A stretch of DNA of 64,000 nucleotides, taken from positions 5,644 to 69,643 of the forward strand of contig JAGLTB010000040.1 in NCBI GenBank assembly GCA_023270155.1, given 5' to 3'. How positions within the stretch are numbered: the first letter of the stretch is position 1; every line of letters starts with the position of its first letter. The DNA comes from Candidatus Heimdallarchaeota archaeon (lineage in GTDB: Archaea; Asgardarchaeota; Heimdallarchaeia; Heimdallarchaeales; Heimdallarchaeaceae). This document shows positions 28,613 through 37,971 of this stretch, one piece after another. The notes beneath the pieces were generated by a model. It ran no database searches, was not told where the DNA came from, and saw only the letters and a list, made by a program, of their open reading frames with translations. A program made the position numbers and the translations under genes.

Positions 28613-29419
28613 TTACGAAATCGCTTTCATCAGCTCTTTCCTTAAAGTTTTCGATACATTCAAAGATTCTTTAACAATAGATATGAGTTCATCAGTCTTA
28701 TAGACTCCTGCTGCACCTTTTTGTAAAGATACAATTCGGTCTTCTTCATCAAACCCTACAGTTACTCTTGCTTCACTAACTCTTTCTTCTTTTAAATTGG
28801 CATCAATTATATTGTTCTCTCCAATTTTGTATGAAGTTACAGAAATAGGATAATGATCAATTTTCAAAGGTTCTACTTCTTCAAGAATTTCCACTTCATC
28901 AGCTTCAAGTATTTTTACTTTGGGAATCTTTGTGGTTGCAAGAGCAGCTACAGCACCAATTACAGCAGCATCGAATAAATTACCATCATGATTGAGAATG
29001 TAGAAATCTATGAATAGAATCCACACTGATTTCTTTGGTATGATACATAATTTAGATAAATCCAGACAATGAGATTCTCTAATAGCTCTATCTGTTACGC
29101 GTGCTAGTTCAATAGCTTTTTCACTTGGGGGGCCACTCTCAAAATAGGGAGAAGCTAATGGTGATAATTCCGCGCTTGTTGTGATAACTCCAGTATTTGG
29201 TGTATCAGGGAATGGAGTACCTAATTGTGCTTTTATACCTACTATTAATTTAGATCCTCCTAAGTTTACAATTGCAGAACCTTCTGCCTTTTGAACAAGG
29301 TTAAGTTCGAGTTTAACTTCTCGAGCTTGATTGAATTCTCTTCCATCTATTCTTTTCTTTTGTTCTAGTAAGGATTTAATGTGATGTTTTTCAATTTCAC
29401 TTATTACAAAATCGCCCAT
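28613..29419 (-). CDS. rrp42: exosome complex subunit Rrp42
   Basis: RNase PH-like fold pattern (DGREFNQAR, GSAIV). Directly abuts the rrp41 gene. Confidence 0.8.
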   Translation of the reverse strand: MGDFVISEIEKHHIKSLLEQKKRIDGREFNQAREVKLELNLVQKAEGSAIVNLGGSKLIVGIKAQLGTPFPDTPNTGVITTSAELSPLASPYFESGPPSEKAIELARVTDRAIRESHCLDLSKLCIIPKKSVWILFIDFYILNHDGNLFDAAVIGAVAALATTKIPKVKILEADEVEILEEVEPLKIDHYPISVTSYKIGENNIIDANLKEERVSEARVTVGFDEEDRIVSLQKGAAGVYKTDELISIVKESLNVSKTLRKELMKAIS

Positions 29420-30355
29420 TTATTTAACCTCCTCTTTGTCTTTAACCTCAGGTTTGGGTTCTTCCTTGACTTCAGCTTTAGGTTCCTCTTTAGGTTTAGC
29501 TTTGATTTCTGGTTTGGGAGCCACTTTAACCGGTTCCTTTGGTTTTTCCTTGACTTCAGCCTTAGGTTCCTCTTTGGGTTTAACTTTTTTTTCTGTTTCC
29601 TTTACGTCTACAGATACCTCAGCTCGTATTGCTGCGTATTTGTCTTGTAGTGCTTTCTTTTGAATATCGTAAATTTCAGTAGCACCTTTGATTGAGAGAT
29701 TTAAACATTCTTCAAATTGCTCTAATGTAAATACACCATCCAATTGGACTAGTGATATCTCATCTAAAACTGGGCAATAACCAACTGGTAAATCTCCAGA
29801 ACCCTTTTGATCTTCTATATCATAAAGATCAAGTACAACCTTATCATTAACTAAGCCACCAGCTACGGATGCAATCAATCCCCTCATCGGGATCCCGGCA
29901 TCAGCAAGTGCTACAGATGCAGCAGTTAAACTTGCACACCTGGTACCACCATCTGCTTGCAACACTTGTAGGTAGACATCAATTGTTGTTCTGGGATATT
30001 TTTCTGTAAACACTACGGAAGTGAGTGCATTACTAATAACCATTGATATTTCTTTTTCTCTTCTAGATGGAGCAGGGCTTTTTCTATCATTAACAGAGAA
30101 AGTTGACATCCTATAAAAACACTGAATTAATGCTCTATCAGGGAGAGTACGGTGTTTGGGATGAAGTTCCCTTGGTCCATAAACTGCAGCGATAATAATA
30201 TTCTTTCCCATGCGGATTTCTGCAGAACCATCCGCATTTTCTAATACTCCTATTTTGATACTTATTGGTCTTAGTTCATCGAAATTTCGACCATCAAGTC
30301 TTTTTCCTTTTTCATCTATTAGTTGAACAGTTCCATCTCCTGCCATAAATTTCAC
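29420..30355 (-). CDS. rrp41: exosome complex exonuclease Rrp41 with ~60-aa KPE-rich repetitive C-terminal extension
   Basis: RNase PH catalytic pattern (DGRNFDELRP, GSAEIRMG, DGGTR). C-terminal KPKEEPKAEVKEKPKEPVKVAPKPEIKA, repeated once. Confidence 0.8.
   Translation of the reverse strand: MKFMAGDGTVQLIDEKGKRLDGRNFDELRPISIKIGVLENADGSAEIRMGKNIIIAAVYGPRELHPKHRTLPDRALIQCFYRMSTFSVNDRKSPAPSRREKEISMVISNALTSVVFTEKYPRTTIDVYLQVLQADGGTRCASLTAASVALADAGIPMRGLIASVAGGLVNDKVVLDLYDIEDQKGSGDLPVGYCPVLDEISLVQLDGVFTLEQFEECLNLSIKGATEIYDIQKKALQDKYAAIRAEVSVDVKETEKKVKPKEEPKAEVKEKPKEPVKVAPKPEIKAKPKEEPKAEVKEEPKPEVKDKEEVK
29445..29590. repeat. tandem direct repeat (~90-nt period, 2 copies) encoding the KPE-rich Rrp41 tail
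   Basis: ggtttgggttcttccttgacttcagctttaggttcctcttt appears at ~29451 and again at ~29541. It is coding, not a CRISPR array. Confidence 0.6.
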
Positions 30356-31053
30356 CTAGTTTCATTGTTATTATTTTCCGATAACATGTCTCGAATTCTA
30401 TCGGTTAACCCTCGTGTGTGGGCTTCTAATTCTATTTTCTTTATTGATTCTATTGCTTTCAGTTCGTCTTCTTTTTTCTTACCTTGAATCCAGATTCTCC
30501 CATTTTGACCGGTTATAATCTGTGTTCTAGTTAATCTCTTGACCATGTTGATCATTGTACCTTTCTTTCCAATCACACGAGGTATATGTGCAGCTTCAAT
30601 TTCTATAATTCTGCCACCTCTCAGTTTTCCAAGTCCTCTTTCATTTGTGATAACTTGTGGATCTCTAGTTCTATCAAAACTGACTATTTTGGTAAGTATT
30701 ATATCACCAATACTGAAGATCTTTCTTGCATCATCTTTTACTGGATCAAATTTCTTTTCAGTAGCGTTATTTGCTAGTAGTACAGCAAAATAAGGAGAAC
30801 CAATATCAATTAACCAATTTGTTAATCCAACTTCAATTATTTTTCCAATTACTAAATCTCCGGGTCTAGGGAAATATTTTCCTTTCAAGGATTTTACTTG
30901 AATAAAATCTCCTTTATCTTGAAAAAGACCGACAACTGTTGAATAATAGAAGTTTCCTCTCTTTATAACACCCTCGCCACATCGTATAGTTCCCTCTGCT
31001 AATAAATCACCAGGGATAACTATTGCATGGTTTTCTAATGCTAACTTGGACAT
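30352..31053 (-). CDS. rrp4: exosome RNA-binding subunit Rrp4 (S1 + KH)
   Basis: S1 domain pattern followed by a KH motif IGKKGTMINMV. Overlaps the rrp41 start by 4 nt. Confidence 0.8.
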   Translation of the reverse strand: MSKLALENHAIVIPGDLLAEGTIRCGEGVIKRGNFYYSTVVGLFQDKGDFIQVKSLKGKYFPRPGDLVIGKIIEVGLTNWLIDIGSPYFAVLLANNATEKKFDPVKDDARKIFSIGDIILTKIVSFDRTRDPQVITNERGLGKLRGGRIIEIEAAHIPRVIGKKGTMINMVKRLTRTQIITGQNGRIWIQGKKKEDELKAIESIKKIELEAHTRGLTDRIRDMLSENNNNETR

Positions 31054-31072
31054 TTTTCTCGACCTTTAATGT

Positions 31073-31828
31073 TTATTCTGACAATCTTTCTAACACTTTA
31101 ACTTGTGCTTTACCTTTTGTACGAGAAGTTATTTGTTCCAAAAAATCTGCTTGTGTTCCCGAAGGTATTTGAACCAAAACAGCCAAACTACCATCAGATA
31201 ACCATTCTTCTTGAACTAAATTTCCGGATGAAAGAACGTAACCATATAATGATCCTGTAAAACTTGGAGGAATTTTCACAGCTAATTTTACTGATTCAAG
31301 CCTGATAGGCATAATTGGTTTAAGCAAATCAATAATTTCTAAAGCTTGTATTTTAATTTCTTCTTTATAATCAATATTAACTCCCAAATCCATTATTGCA
31401 TTATCAATCCTATCTTTAGGTATAGGAGTATTTTCTCTGGGATTAATACAGTGAATATGAATAAAATTAACAATCTCTGCTCGTTTTTCCTTCAATATTT
31501 CATTTCTTTGCTCAGCTGTTAATTGAAGCTTACCATCTTTTAAGATACGCAAAGCAACATCTCGTTCACTTACTTCTTCCCCGAATACAGCTAAAATATC
31601 ATCTTCAGAAGCTTTGTGACCACGAGAAACATTTTCATAAACTTGAAATGTATCAAAAATATCATCGGGGTCTATTTCTTCTCCCTGCAAAAATAACCAA
31701 GCTGATTCTGGATTAACCAGCAATTCAAATCTTCTTCCATGCGCTTGGTATCGGACAAGAGACTTTCCTTTTAAATCAATTCTTTTGTCTCCGGTAATAG
31801 CGCCATGATCTCGTACCATAGCAATCAC
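31073..31828 (-). CDS. sdo1: ribosome maturation protein Sdo1/SBDS
   Basis: N-terminal FYSH-domain pattern (VRYQAHGRRFELLVNPE). 251 aa. In the conserved position upstream of rrp4. Confidence 0.75.
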   Translation of the reverse strand: MIAMVRDHGAITGDKRIDLKGKSLVRYQAHGRRFELLVNPESAWLFLQGEEIDPDDIFDTFQVYENVSRGHKASEDDILAVFGEEVSERDVALRILKDGKLQLTAEQRNEILKEKRAEIVNFIHIHCINPRENTPIPKDRIDNAIMDLGVNIDYKEEIKIQALEIIDLLKPIMPIRLESVKLAVKIPPSFTGSLYGYVLSSGNLVQEEWLSDGSLAVLVQIPSGTQADFLEQITSRTKGKAQVKVLERLSE

Positions 31829-31951
31829 ACTTTTGTAACTTAGTAAATATTGTTCAGTTTCATTGATAGTTAAAGTGCCAGATTTATAAGACTTTTTAAG
31901 TTTGAGATATAGAAATTCTATAGAGAATCACAACACTGACGTGGTTAACAA

Positions 31952-32479
31952 ATGAACAATATTCTAATTACTGGTTTACCAGGGGTTGGAAAAACTACTC
32001 TCGTAATTCAAATCTTAAAGGAACTCAATGTGAGTGCTATTGGATTTGTTACAAAAGAGTTACGAAAGGAGGGGAATCGATTTGGATTTAATGTTGAAAC
32101 TTTATCTGGTACAAGCAAGCTATTGGCATCAAAAAAAGAAAAATACTGTAAATATAGAGTGGGGAAATATTGTGTTTTTGTGGAAAATGTTGATTTTATA
32201 GTTAAGATGTTGGAAGAAGAGATCGGAAAGAAATCTCATAGCATGATTGTTATAGATGAAATTGGTAAAATGGAGTTGTTTTCACCCAATTTTAAGAAGT
32301 TTCTATTAAATAGCTTAGATGAGCAAAAAGTACTTGGAACAATCATGATGAGAGATAATTCTTTTTCAAAGGAAATTAAAAACAGGCAAGATGTAAAACT
32401 TTACAACATTGATAGAACAAATCGCAATAGGGTAAAACAAATAATTTTGAAGAAGATTAAGGATAATCAGGGACTATGA
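31952..32479 (+). CDS. THEP1/NTPCR-like small P-loop NTPase
   Basis: ILITGLPGVGKTT P-loop and IVIDEIGKME Walker B. 175 aa. Confidence 0.55.
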   Translation: MNNILITGLPGVGKTTLVIQILKELNVSAIGFVTKELRKEGNRFGFNVETLSGTSKLLASKKEKYCKYRVGKYCVFVENVDFIVKMLEEEIGKKSHSMIVIDEIGKMELFSPNFKKFLLNSLDEQKVLGTIMMRDNSFSKEIKNRQDVKLYNIDRTNRNRVKQIILKKIKDNQGL

Positions 32480-32548
32480 GAAATCACTTTATAGCCTTTA
32501 GCAATGATTTTATATGTAATTAATATAATAGTAAGTTGTAGATTCAAG

Positions 32549-33406
32549 ATGTCAAAGAAAGATGAATTCAAATCACTTGTTGGTTCCATTAACATGGTAA
32601 AGAACATGGTTGAAAGCATTGTTTCAGCAGTTCAAGATCGTTTCAAAGATTATGATAATGTTGTAGTATCATTAAAGGAAAGATTAGACAAACTAGAAGC
32701 TCAAGAGGGACAAAGTACATCTACTCAAGCAGTACCAGCAGATGCTACAGGTTTCATTAACAGAATAGAGCAATTAACAAAAAGAATGGATAGTTTAAAT
32801 GAACGAATCCTGCTTATAGAAGCAACAAAAAGTGTTCATGATGAAACTGTAGTGGAACCCACAGATGTTCAAGCAATAAAAGAAATAGCAGCAGAAGTTC
32901 CATCTGCTATACCAGCACCTATTCCAACACCAGTACCTGAAGAAGCTGAAGCAATTGCTGAATTTGAAATTCCAACAGAAGCTCCTGAGAAGGAATTAAC
33001 ATCAATCCCAGCACCACCTACACCTGAATCTATTCCAGTTCCAGGTGCGGAAATTCCTTCGGCACCACCAATACAGAAAATTGATGAAGTAGAATTTCCA
33101 AAGGTTGCACCTATTGCTCCCTCCGCAGAAATTCCAGCACCACCAGCTCCTAAACCTGCTACACAAGTTACAGAAGATGTTGAAAGAGACGTAAGTCCCA
33201 TTTCTAAACAGGTAAGTGGAAGCATACCTATGCCTCCTAAAAAAGAAGGAGTTGCGGATGCAACAGAAATTCAACCTTCAGTCCTTAAAACTGAAGAAGA
33301 TGCAACAGTACCTGAAGAAGGAAAATCAGCAGAGATTTTTGGTGAAGCAGTCAGCGGAGATAAAGCAGAACTTCTTAAAGCTTTGAAGAAATTAGAAGAT
33401 CTTTAA
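32549..33406 (+). CDS. coiled-coil protein with long Pro/Ala/Glu-rich low-complexity region
   Basis: An N-terminal ~120-aa helical region is followed by PAPIPTPVPEE / IPAPPTPESIPVP / IPAPPAPKPAT-type repeats. The ATG at 32549 is preferred over the ORF-track start. Confidence 0.4.
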   Translation: MSKKDEFKSLVGSINMVKNMVESIVSAVQDRFKDYDNVVVSLKERLDKLEAQEGQSTSTQAVPADATGFINRIEQLTKRMDSLNERILLIEATKSVHDETVVEPTDVQAIKEIAAEVPSAIPAPIPTPVPEEAEAIAEFEIPTEAPEKELTSIPAPPTPESIPVPGAEIPSAPPIQKIDEVEFPKVAPIAPSAEIPAPPAPKPATQVTEDVERDVSPISKQVSGSIPMPPKKEGVADATEIQPSVLKTEEDATVPEEGKSAEIFGEAVSGDKAELLKALKKLEDL

Positions 33407-33454
33407 AGTTCCAGCAATCGGAAATTTCAAATATAGTTCTCAAAGATTTGCTTA

Positions 33455-34483
33455 ATGGTTATTTCAATTCCTCCTATTGTGATATATATTATTACATTTT
33501 TTATGCCTTTGATTCTCACATTCATTGGATTACCTTTTCACATACGATTTATGCTCAAGAAAGGAATTTTTGGAGTTGATGTTCATAAGGAGAGTAAACC
33601 GAAAGTTGCAGAAATGGGTGGAGTGATAATTCTCTTATCTATAATTCTTACATCCATAGTAGGGATTTTGCTAGTTGATAATAACGTTGATAGACTCAAA
33701 ATAGGATTATTCTGCATAACAGTATTGATAGCAGGAATCATAGGGCTTATTGATGATATAATTAGACTTAGTGCATTACTAAAACCTTTGTTGCTCCTAA
33801 TAGCGTCAGTGCCAATTATTGCATCAGGAATGTTTTCACCAGAACCAGTCCTACCATTTGTAGGAAAAACAAGATTAACAATAGTTTATTATGTATTGTT
33901 ACCTTTTATCATTGCAGTTCCCTCGAATGCAGTAAACATGTTAGATGTCTTCAATGGATCAATGGCATTAACTACTATTTTGGTACTAGTAGCAGTATTT
34001 TTTGCCAATATGATAATTTTTCGAGGAGGAATCCAGAATCTTGATTTGACTTATGTGTTTATCTTGATGATGATAGCAACGCTAATTGCATTCTGGTTTT
34101 TCAACCGTTATCCAGCTAAAGTTTTTGCTGGCGATACAGGGAGTTTAGCTATTGGTGCATCATTAGGGGCAATAGCAGTACTTGGACAGCTTGAAGTAGT
34201 TGTGATTATTGCTATGATACCTTTTATTATGAATTCTTTTGGCATAATTAGTAGTGTTAGAGGGTTGATGGAAAGAAGAGAAATGGCAAGACCTACGAAA
34301 ATGACTGATGATTGGAAAATACAAGCAACTGGAGATTCGAAAGCCCCTATCACGCTTGTTGGATTAGTAATTCAGAAAGAACCTCTACATGAGAAAGATG
34401 TTGTTAAAAGTTTCAGTATTCTCACCTTCATAAGTGGAATATTCGCTTTGATAACAGCAGTTTTGATATGGTTGGTGATATAA
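33455..34483 (+). CDS. aglH: polyprenyl-phosphate GlcNAc-1-phosphate transferase (MraY/WecA/AglH GT4-like family)
   Basis: NAVNMLDVFNG and DTGSLAIGASLG motifs, with about 10 TM helices. Confidence 0.7.
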   Translation: MVISIPPIVIYIITFFMPLILTFIGLPFHIRFMLKKGIFGVDVHKESKPKVAEMGGVIILLSIILTSIVGILLVDNNVDRLKIGLFCITVLIAGIIGLIDDIIRLSALLKPLLLLIASVPIIASGMFSPEPVLPFVGKTRLTIVYYVLLPFIIAVPSNAVNMLDVFNGSMALTTILVLVAVFFANMIIFRGGIQNLDLTYVFILMMIATLIAFWFFNRYPAKVFAGDTGSLAIGASLGAIAVLGQLEVVVIIAMIPFIMNSFGIISSVRGLMERREMARPTKMTDDWKIQATGDSKAPITLVGLVIQKEPLHEKDVVKSFSILTFISGIFALITAVLIWLVI

Positions 34484-34761
34484 TGAAATATTATAAAATA
34501 GCAAATAGAATATCAAAAATCATTGGACTTGAAGCATTTGTGTTTGCTTCATTTATAGGCATCTGTTTTCTAATTAATGCATTAATTGTTTATATTCCTG
34601 AAGTTCCTACCAAACCAGGTATAAATTTCTTACTTGCTGCCGTTAAAGTAGGGTTGGGGTTGTTGTTTGTGGGAATCTGGTTAATTATTTGGTATATTAT
34701 TACTAAGAGACTAATGAAAACAGAAAAGAAAACAAAAAGCGAAAAAAGCAGTGCTTCATGA
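34468..34761 (+). CDS. small 2-TM membrane protein
   Basis: 97 aa with two hydrophobic helices and a Lys-rich C-terminus. Confidence 0.3.
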   Translation: MVGDIMKYYKIANRISKIIGLEAFVFASFIGICFLINALIVYIPEVPTKPGINFLLAAVKVGLGLLFVGIWLIIWYIITKRLMKTEKKTKSEKSSAS

Positions 34762-34767
34762 ATCGAA

Positions 34768-35424
34768 CTATGCTTGAGCTTCTAAAAGGAATAATCTTTT
34801 CTTTAGAATATAGAATTTCTTAGCAAACTCAATGCTCGAAATTTCATAATCTTCAAATTGTTGTTCTATCGCAAAGATTTCACTTTCTACATTTAATATT
34901 TCGTCTTCAATGTGCTTTTGTTTCTCTTGTTGTAATGTTTTGTTGCTTACTTGGCTTGGTTTCTTTGCTGATATTTCATTTAATTCCCTCTTTTTTTCTT
35001 CGAGAATAATTGTCAATTGTTCCTTTTGTTTTGTCAAGGGTGTAAGTTGATTCTGAGGATCTATTGCTTCTGCTTCAGCTTTAATCATTCTTGCAGGAAC
35101 TTTAGAAAACAACCTGATTGTTTCCACAATCACTTGAAAAATATGATAACTTGATCTCCATCTAGCAAGCATTCTCATTTCTAGAAAATTGTCATGAGTT
35201 AAATTTGGATGTGTTATAGGAGTTATAATTTTCACTTGTGGTGGAGTTTCTGGAAAAGAATCTGTAAGATAGATTTCAACTTCTACTAATAATTCACCTT
35301 CATCTGAAATAGCGGGAACAAAACCCCTCCATTTAGTCAAATCCCCTGCGATTGGTTCAAATGCATAAGCTCTTTCCATCACAAGACTATATTCTTTTGC
35401 TAAGACGCTATCTGGAACTGTCAT
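34768..35424 (-). CDS. ESCRT-I Vps23/TSG101-like protein: UEV (catalytically inactive E2) domain, coiled coil, steadiness-box-like C-terminus
   Basis: UBC-fold pattern LAKEYSLV..IAGDLTKWRGFVP..FPETPPQVKIITPITHPNL..LARW with no Cys after HPN. C-terminal EFAKKFYILKKRLFLLEAQA resembles TSG101 VFLKHVRLLSRKQFQLRALMQKA. Confidence 0.55.
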   Translation of the reverse strand: MTVPDSVLAKEYSLVMERAYAFEPIAGDLTKWRGFVPAISDEGELLVEVEIYLTDSFPETPPQVKIITPITHPNLTHDNFLEMRMLARWRSSYHIFQVIVETIRLFSKVPARMIKAEAEAIDPQNQLTPLTKQKEQLTIILEEKKRELNEISAKKPSQVSNKTLQQEKQKHIEDEILNVESEIFAIEQQFEDYEISSIEFAKKFYILKKRLFLLEAQA

Positions 35425-35533
35425 AATATCCTAACACCTTTCTTGTAAGTATTTCACAGCGTTATATTTATAGATTCTCTTTTCTATTAAAACAAAATTC
35501 AACATCTCTAGATTTTTATATTAACATTTTTCC

Positions 35534-37396
35534 ATGGATTTAATGACTAGAGTTGCAGTGATAAATCAAGAGAAATGCAGACCTGATAAATGTGGAAAAT
35601 TATGTTATAAGGTATGTCCCACTGTCAGAGCTGGTAGAGAAACAATATCATTTGATCCTCCTAGTAATAAAGCTGTTATCCATGAACCTCTCTGCGAAGG
35701 CGTTGGAATTTGTGTTAAGAAATGCCCTTTTCATTGTATAACTGTAGTCAACTTACCTGAAGAGTTAGATAAAGAAGTAACTCATAGGTATAGCATTAAT
35801 GGTTTTAAACTTCATAGATTACCAATGCCAAAATTAGGACAGGTTACAGGATTAGTTGGACAAAATGGTTCTGGAAAAACAACCACCTTGAATATCTTAC
35901 AAGGGAATTTCTCACCTAATTTGGGGAAGTATGAACAACCCCCAGAATGGGAAGAAATATTAGAGCATTTCAGAGGAAAGGAAATTCAAAACTACTTTGA
36001 GAAATTAGCAAACAAAGAATTAAGGATCATACTAAAACCGCAAAATGTTGATAAACTACCAAAAGTTATCAAAGGGAACGTTTCAGATCTTATCAATAAA
36101 GTGGATGAAAAAAATCTAAAGAATGAGGTAAAGGAAATTTTTTCCTTGGAAAAGGTATGGGATAGAGATATTTCGAAACTAAGTGGGGGAGAGTTGCAAA
36201 GGCTAGCAATTGCAGCAACCATTGTTCGTGATGCAGATGTATATTTGTTTGATGAACCTACATCTTACTTAGATGTGCAAGAGAGGGTGAAAATTTCACA
36301 ATATCTTAACGATATGAAATCACCGAATCACACATTAATTGTAGTTGAACATGATCTTGCAATGCTTGATTATCTGAGTAATCAGATATTCATCTACTAT
36401 GGAGTAGCAGGTGTTTATGGTATCGTTAGCCATCCACATGCTGTAAGAGAAGGAATCAATGTTTTTCTTGATGGTTATATTCCTTCAGAAAATATGCGAT
36501 TTAGACCACAGCCAATTATTTTCAAAAAAACTAGCATGGAAGATAAAGCAATATCCCATAGACTAGCTCTGCGATATGGTGAAATGACAAAAAAGTTCAA
36601 TGGTTTTGAATTGTCTACTAAGGGAGGAGAGCTCTATAAAGGAGAAGTAATAGGCATTATTGGACCAAATGGAATTGGAAAAACAACTTTTGTAAAGATG
36701 CTTGCTGGTGTTCTTGAACCTACAACAATTTCGGAACCTGTAGAACTTTTGGTAGAGATAGCTACAAAGAAGGAAAAAGACTCTGAAGAACGAGAAAAAG
36801 GAGAGACACTTGAATCTTTCAGAGTTAGTCACAAACCCCAATATCTATACACTGAATCAGAGCAAACAGTAGAGGAATATCTTAGAGAAATAAATCCCGT
36901 AATGCTATCCAGTGGTTGGCATAAAACAGAGATAGTTGAACCACTTAAGTTTTCCAAGCTACTTGATTCACAATTAGGAGATCTTTCAGGGGGGGAACTT
37001 CAGAAAGTATCCATAGCTGCATGCTTGGGCAGAAGGGCTCATCTTTATCTTCTGGATGAACCTTCAGCATACATATCAGCTGAAGATAGAGTGAATGTTG
37101 CGAAAGTAATTAAGAGAGTAGTTTCCCACTATGAAATGCCTGCTTTAGTTGTAGAGCATGATGTTATGATGCTCAATTTCACTTCAGACAGACTAATTAT
37201 TTTTGATGGACAACCAAGTGTTAAGGGTCGTAGTAGTTCAATAGGATCAATGCAACATGGAATGAATACTTTTCTTAGAAAAATGGATATAACTTTCAGA
37301 CAAGATCCACGAACACTCAGACCCAGAGTTAACAAAAAAGACTCTCAATTGGATAAAAAACAAAAAGCAGAAGGAAAATATTTCGTTCCTGCTTAA
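35534..37396 (+). CDS. abcE1: ABCE1/RNase L inhibitor (ribosome recycling factor)
   Basis: N-terminal di-cluster ferredoxin domain (CGKLCYKVCP, CVKKCP) and twin ABC cassettes (GQNGSGKTT, LSGGELQR; GPNGIGKTT, LSGGELQK). Confidence 0.85.
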   Translation: MDLMTRVAVINQEKCRPDKCGKLCYKVCPTVRAGRETISFDPPSNKAVIHEPLCEGVGICVKKCPFHCITVVNLPEELDKEVTHRYSINGFKLHRLPMPKLGQVTGLVGQNGSGKTTTLNILQGNFSPNLGKYEQPPEWEEILEHFRGKEIQNYFEKLANKELRIILKPQNVDKLPKVIKGNVSDLINKVDEKNLKNEVKEIFSLEKVWDRDISKLSGGELQRLAIAATIVRDADVYLFDEPTSYLDVQERVKISQYLNDMKSPNHTLIVVEHDLAMLDYLSNQIFIYYGVAGVYGIVSHPHAVREGINVFLDGYIPSENMRFRPQPIIFKKTSMEDKAISHRLALRYGEMTKKFNGFELSTKGGELYKGEVIGIIGPNGIGKTTFVKMLAGVLEPTTISEPVELLVEIATKKEKDSEEREKGETLESFRVSHKPQYLYTESEQTVEEYLREINPVMLSSGWHKTEIVEPLKFSKLLDSQLGDLSGGELQKVSIAACLGRRAHLYLLDEPSAYISAEDRVNVAKVIKRVVSHYEMPALVVEHDVMMLNFTSDRLIIFDGQPSVKGRSSSIGSMQHGMNTFLRKMDITFRQDPRTLRPRVNKKDSQLDKKQKAEGKYFVPA

Positions 37397-37489
37397 AATG
37401 CTCTAGTTTGGTTTTGATCTAGGAATTTTTCAATAAAGATAATATTAAAAGTAAAAAATAAAAGAAGTGAAAAATTGAGATTATCATGT

Positions 37490-37924
37490 TTAGTCTTTCA
37501 GATGATTAAACCATTCGGGAAGTCTTAATTCTTCAACTTTTGCTGTGTCTCCGGGTAAATATGGTTTAATATCAACTACGGGGGTTCCATCAATTGCATC
37601 AATTCTATCAATGTAAAGTCGGTTATTTTCTACTTTAATTAGTCTAACTTTTGTCAAACCTATAGGATTTGGCCTAGCGGGACTCCTACATGAAAATACT
37701 CCTGTTTCTGTTTCGTTTTCTAATTTTGGAGGATATGCTAATAACTGTGATCTATCTTGAGGATTATCTCTCATAGAAATCCACCATAAAACAAAGATGT
37801 GACTAAAATTCTCAATATGTCTTAAACCAGAAAGATAAGATTGATGAATCTCTATATAACAAGCTTCTTGTTCAATTTTTACAGTTCCAATTTGATTTAT
37901 ACCAAAAGATGCCATAGTAACCAA
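37490..37924 (-). CDS. TsaA/TrmO-like (YaeB/UPF0066) tRNA methyltransferase-fold protein
   Basis: RSPARPNPIGL and DGTPVVDIKPY motifs. Confidence 0.6.
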   Translation of the reverse strand: MVTMASFGINQIGTVKIEQEACYIEIHQSYLSGLRHIENFSHIFVLWWISMRDNPQDRSQLLAYPPKLENETETGVFSCRSPARPNPIGLTKVRLIKVENNRLYIDRIDAIDGTPVVDIKPYLPGDTAKVEELRLPEWFNHLKD

Positions 37925-37971
37925 AAATTAGTCCGTACAATGGCTTTTGAAGTTTTCTTTCTGACTTATAA

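Noticed and set aside
29445-29590. Direct repeats that could be mistaken for a short CRISPR-like array
   Set aside because: Only two units are present, they lie inside a coding region and they encode a repetitive peptide. There is no spacer architecture and no cas genes.
29381-29663. Two plus-strand ORFs (89 and 75 aa) with Phe/Leu/Ser-rich repeats
   Set aside because: They are antisense to the KPE-rich repeat tail of Rrp41. They are artefacts of the tandem repeat.
32869-33274. Two overlapping antisense ORFs (118 and 90 aa) rich in Gly/Ala/Cys/Trp
   Set aside because: They lie antisense to the Pro/Ala-rich gene and are produced by its GCN/CCN codon repeats. There is no independent coding signal.
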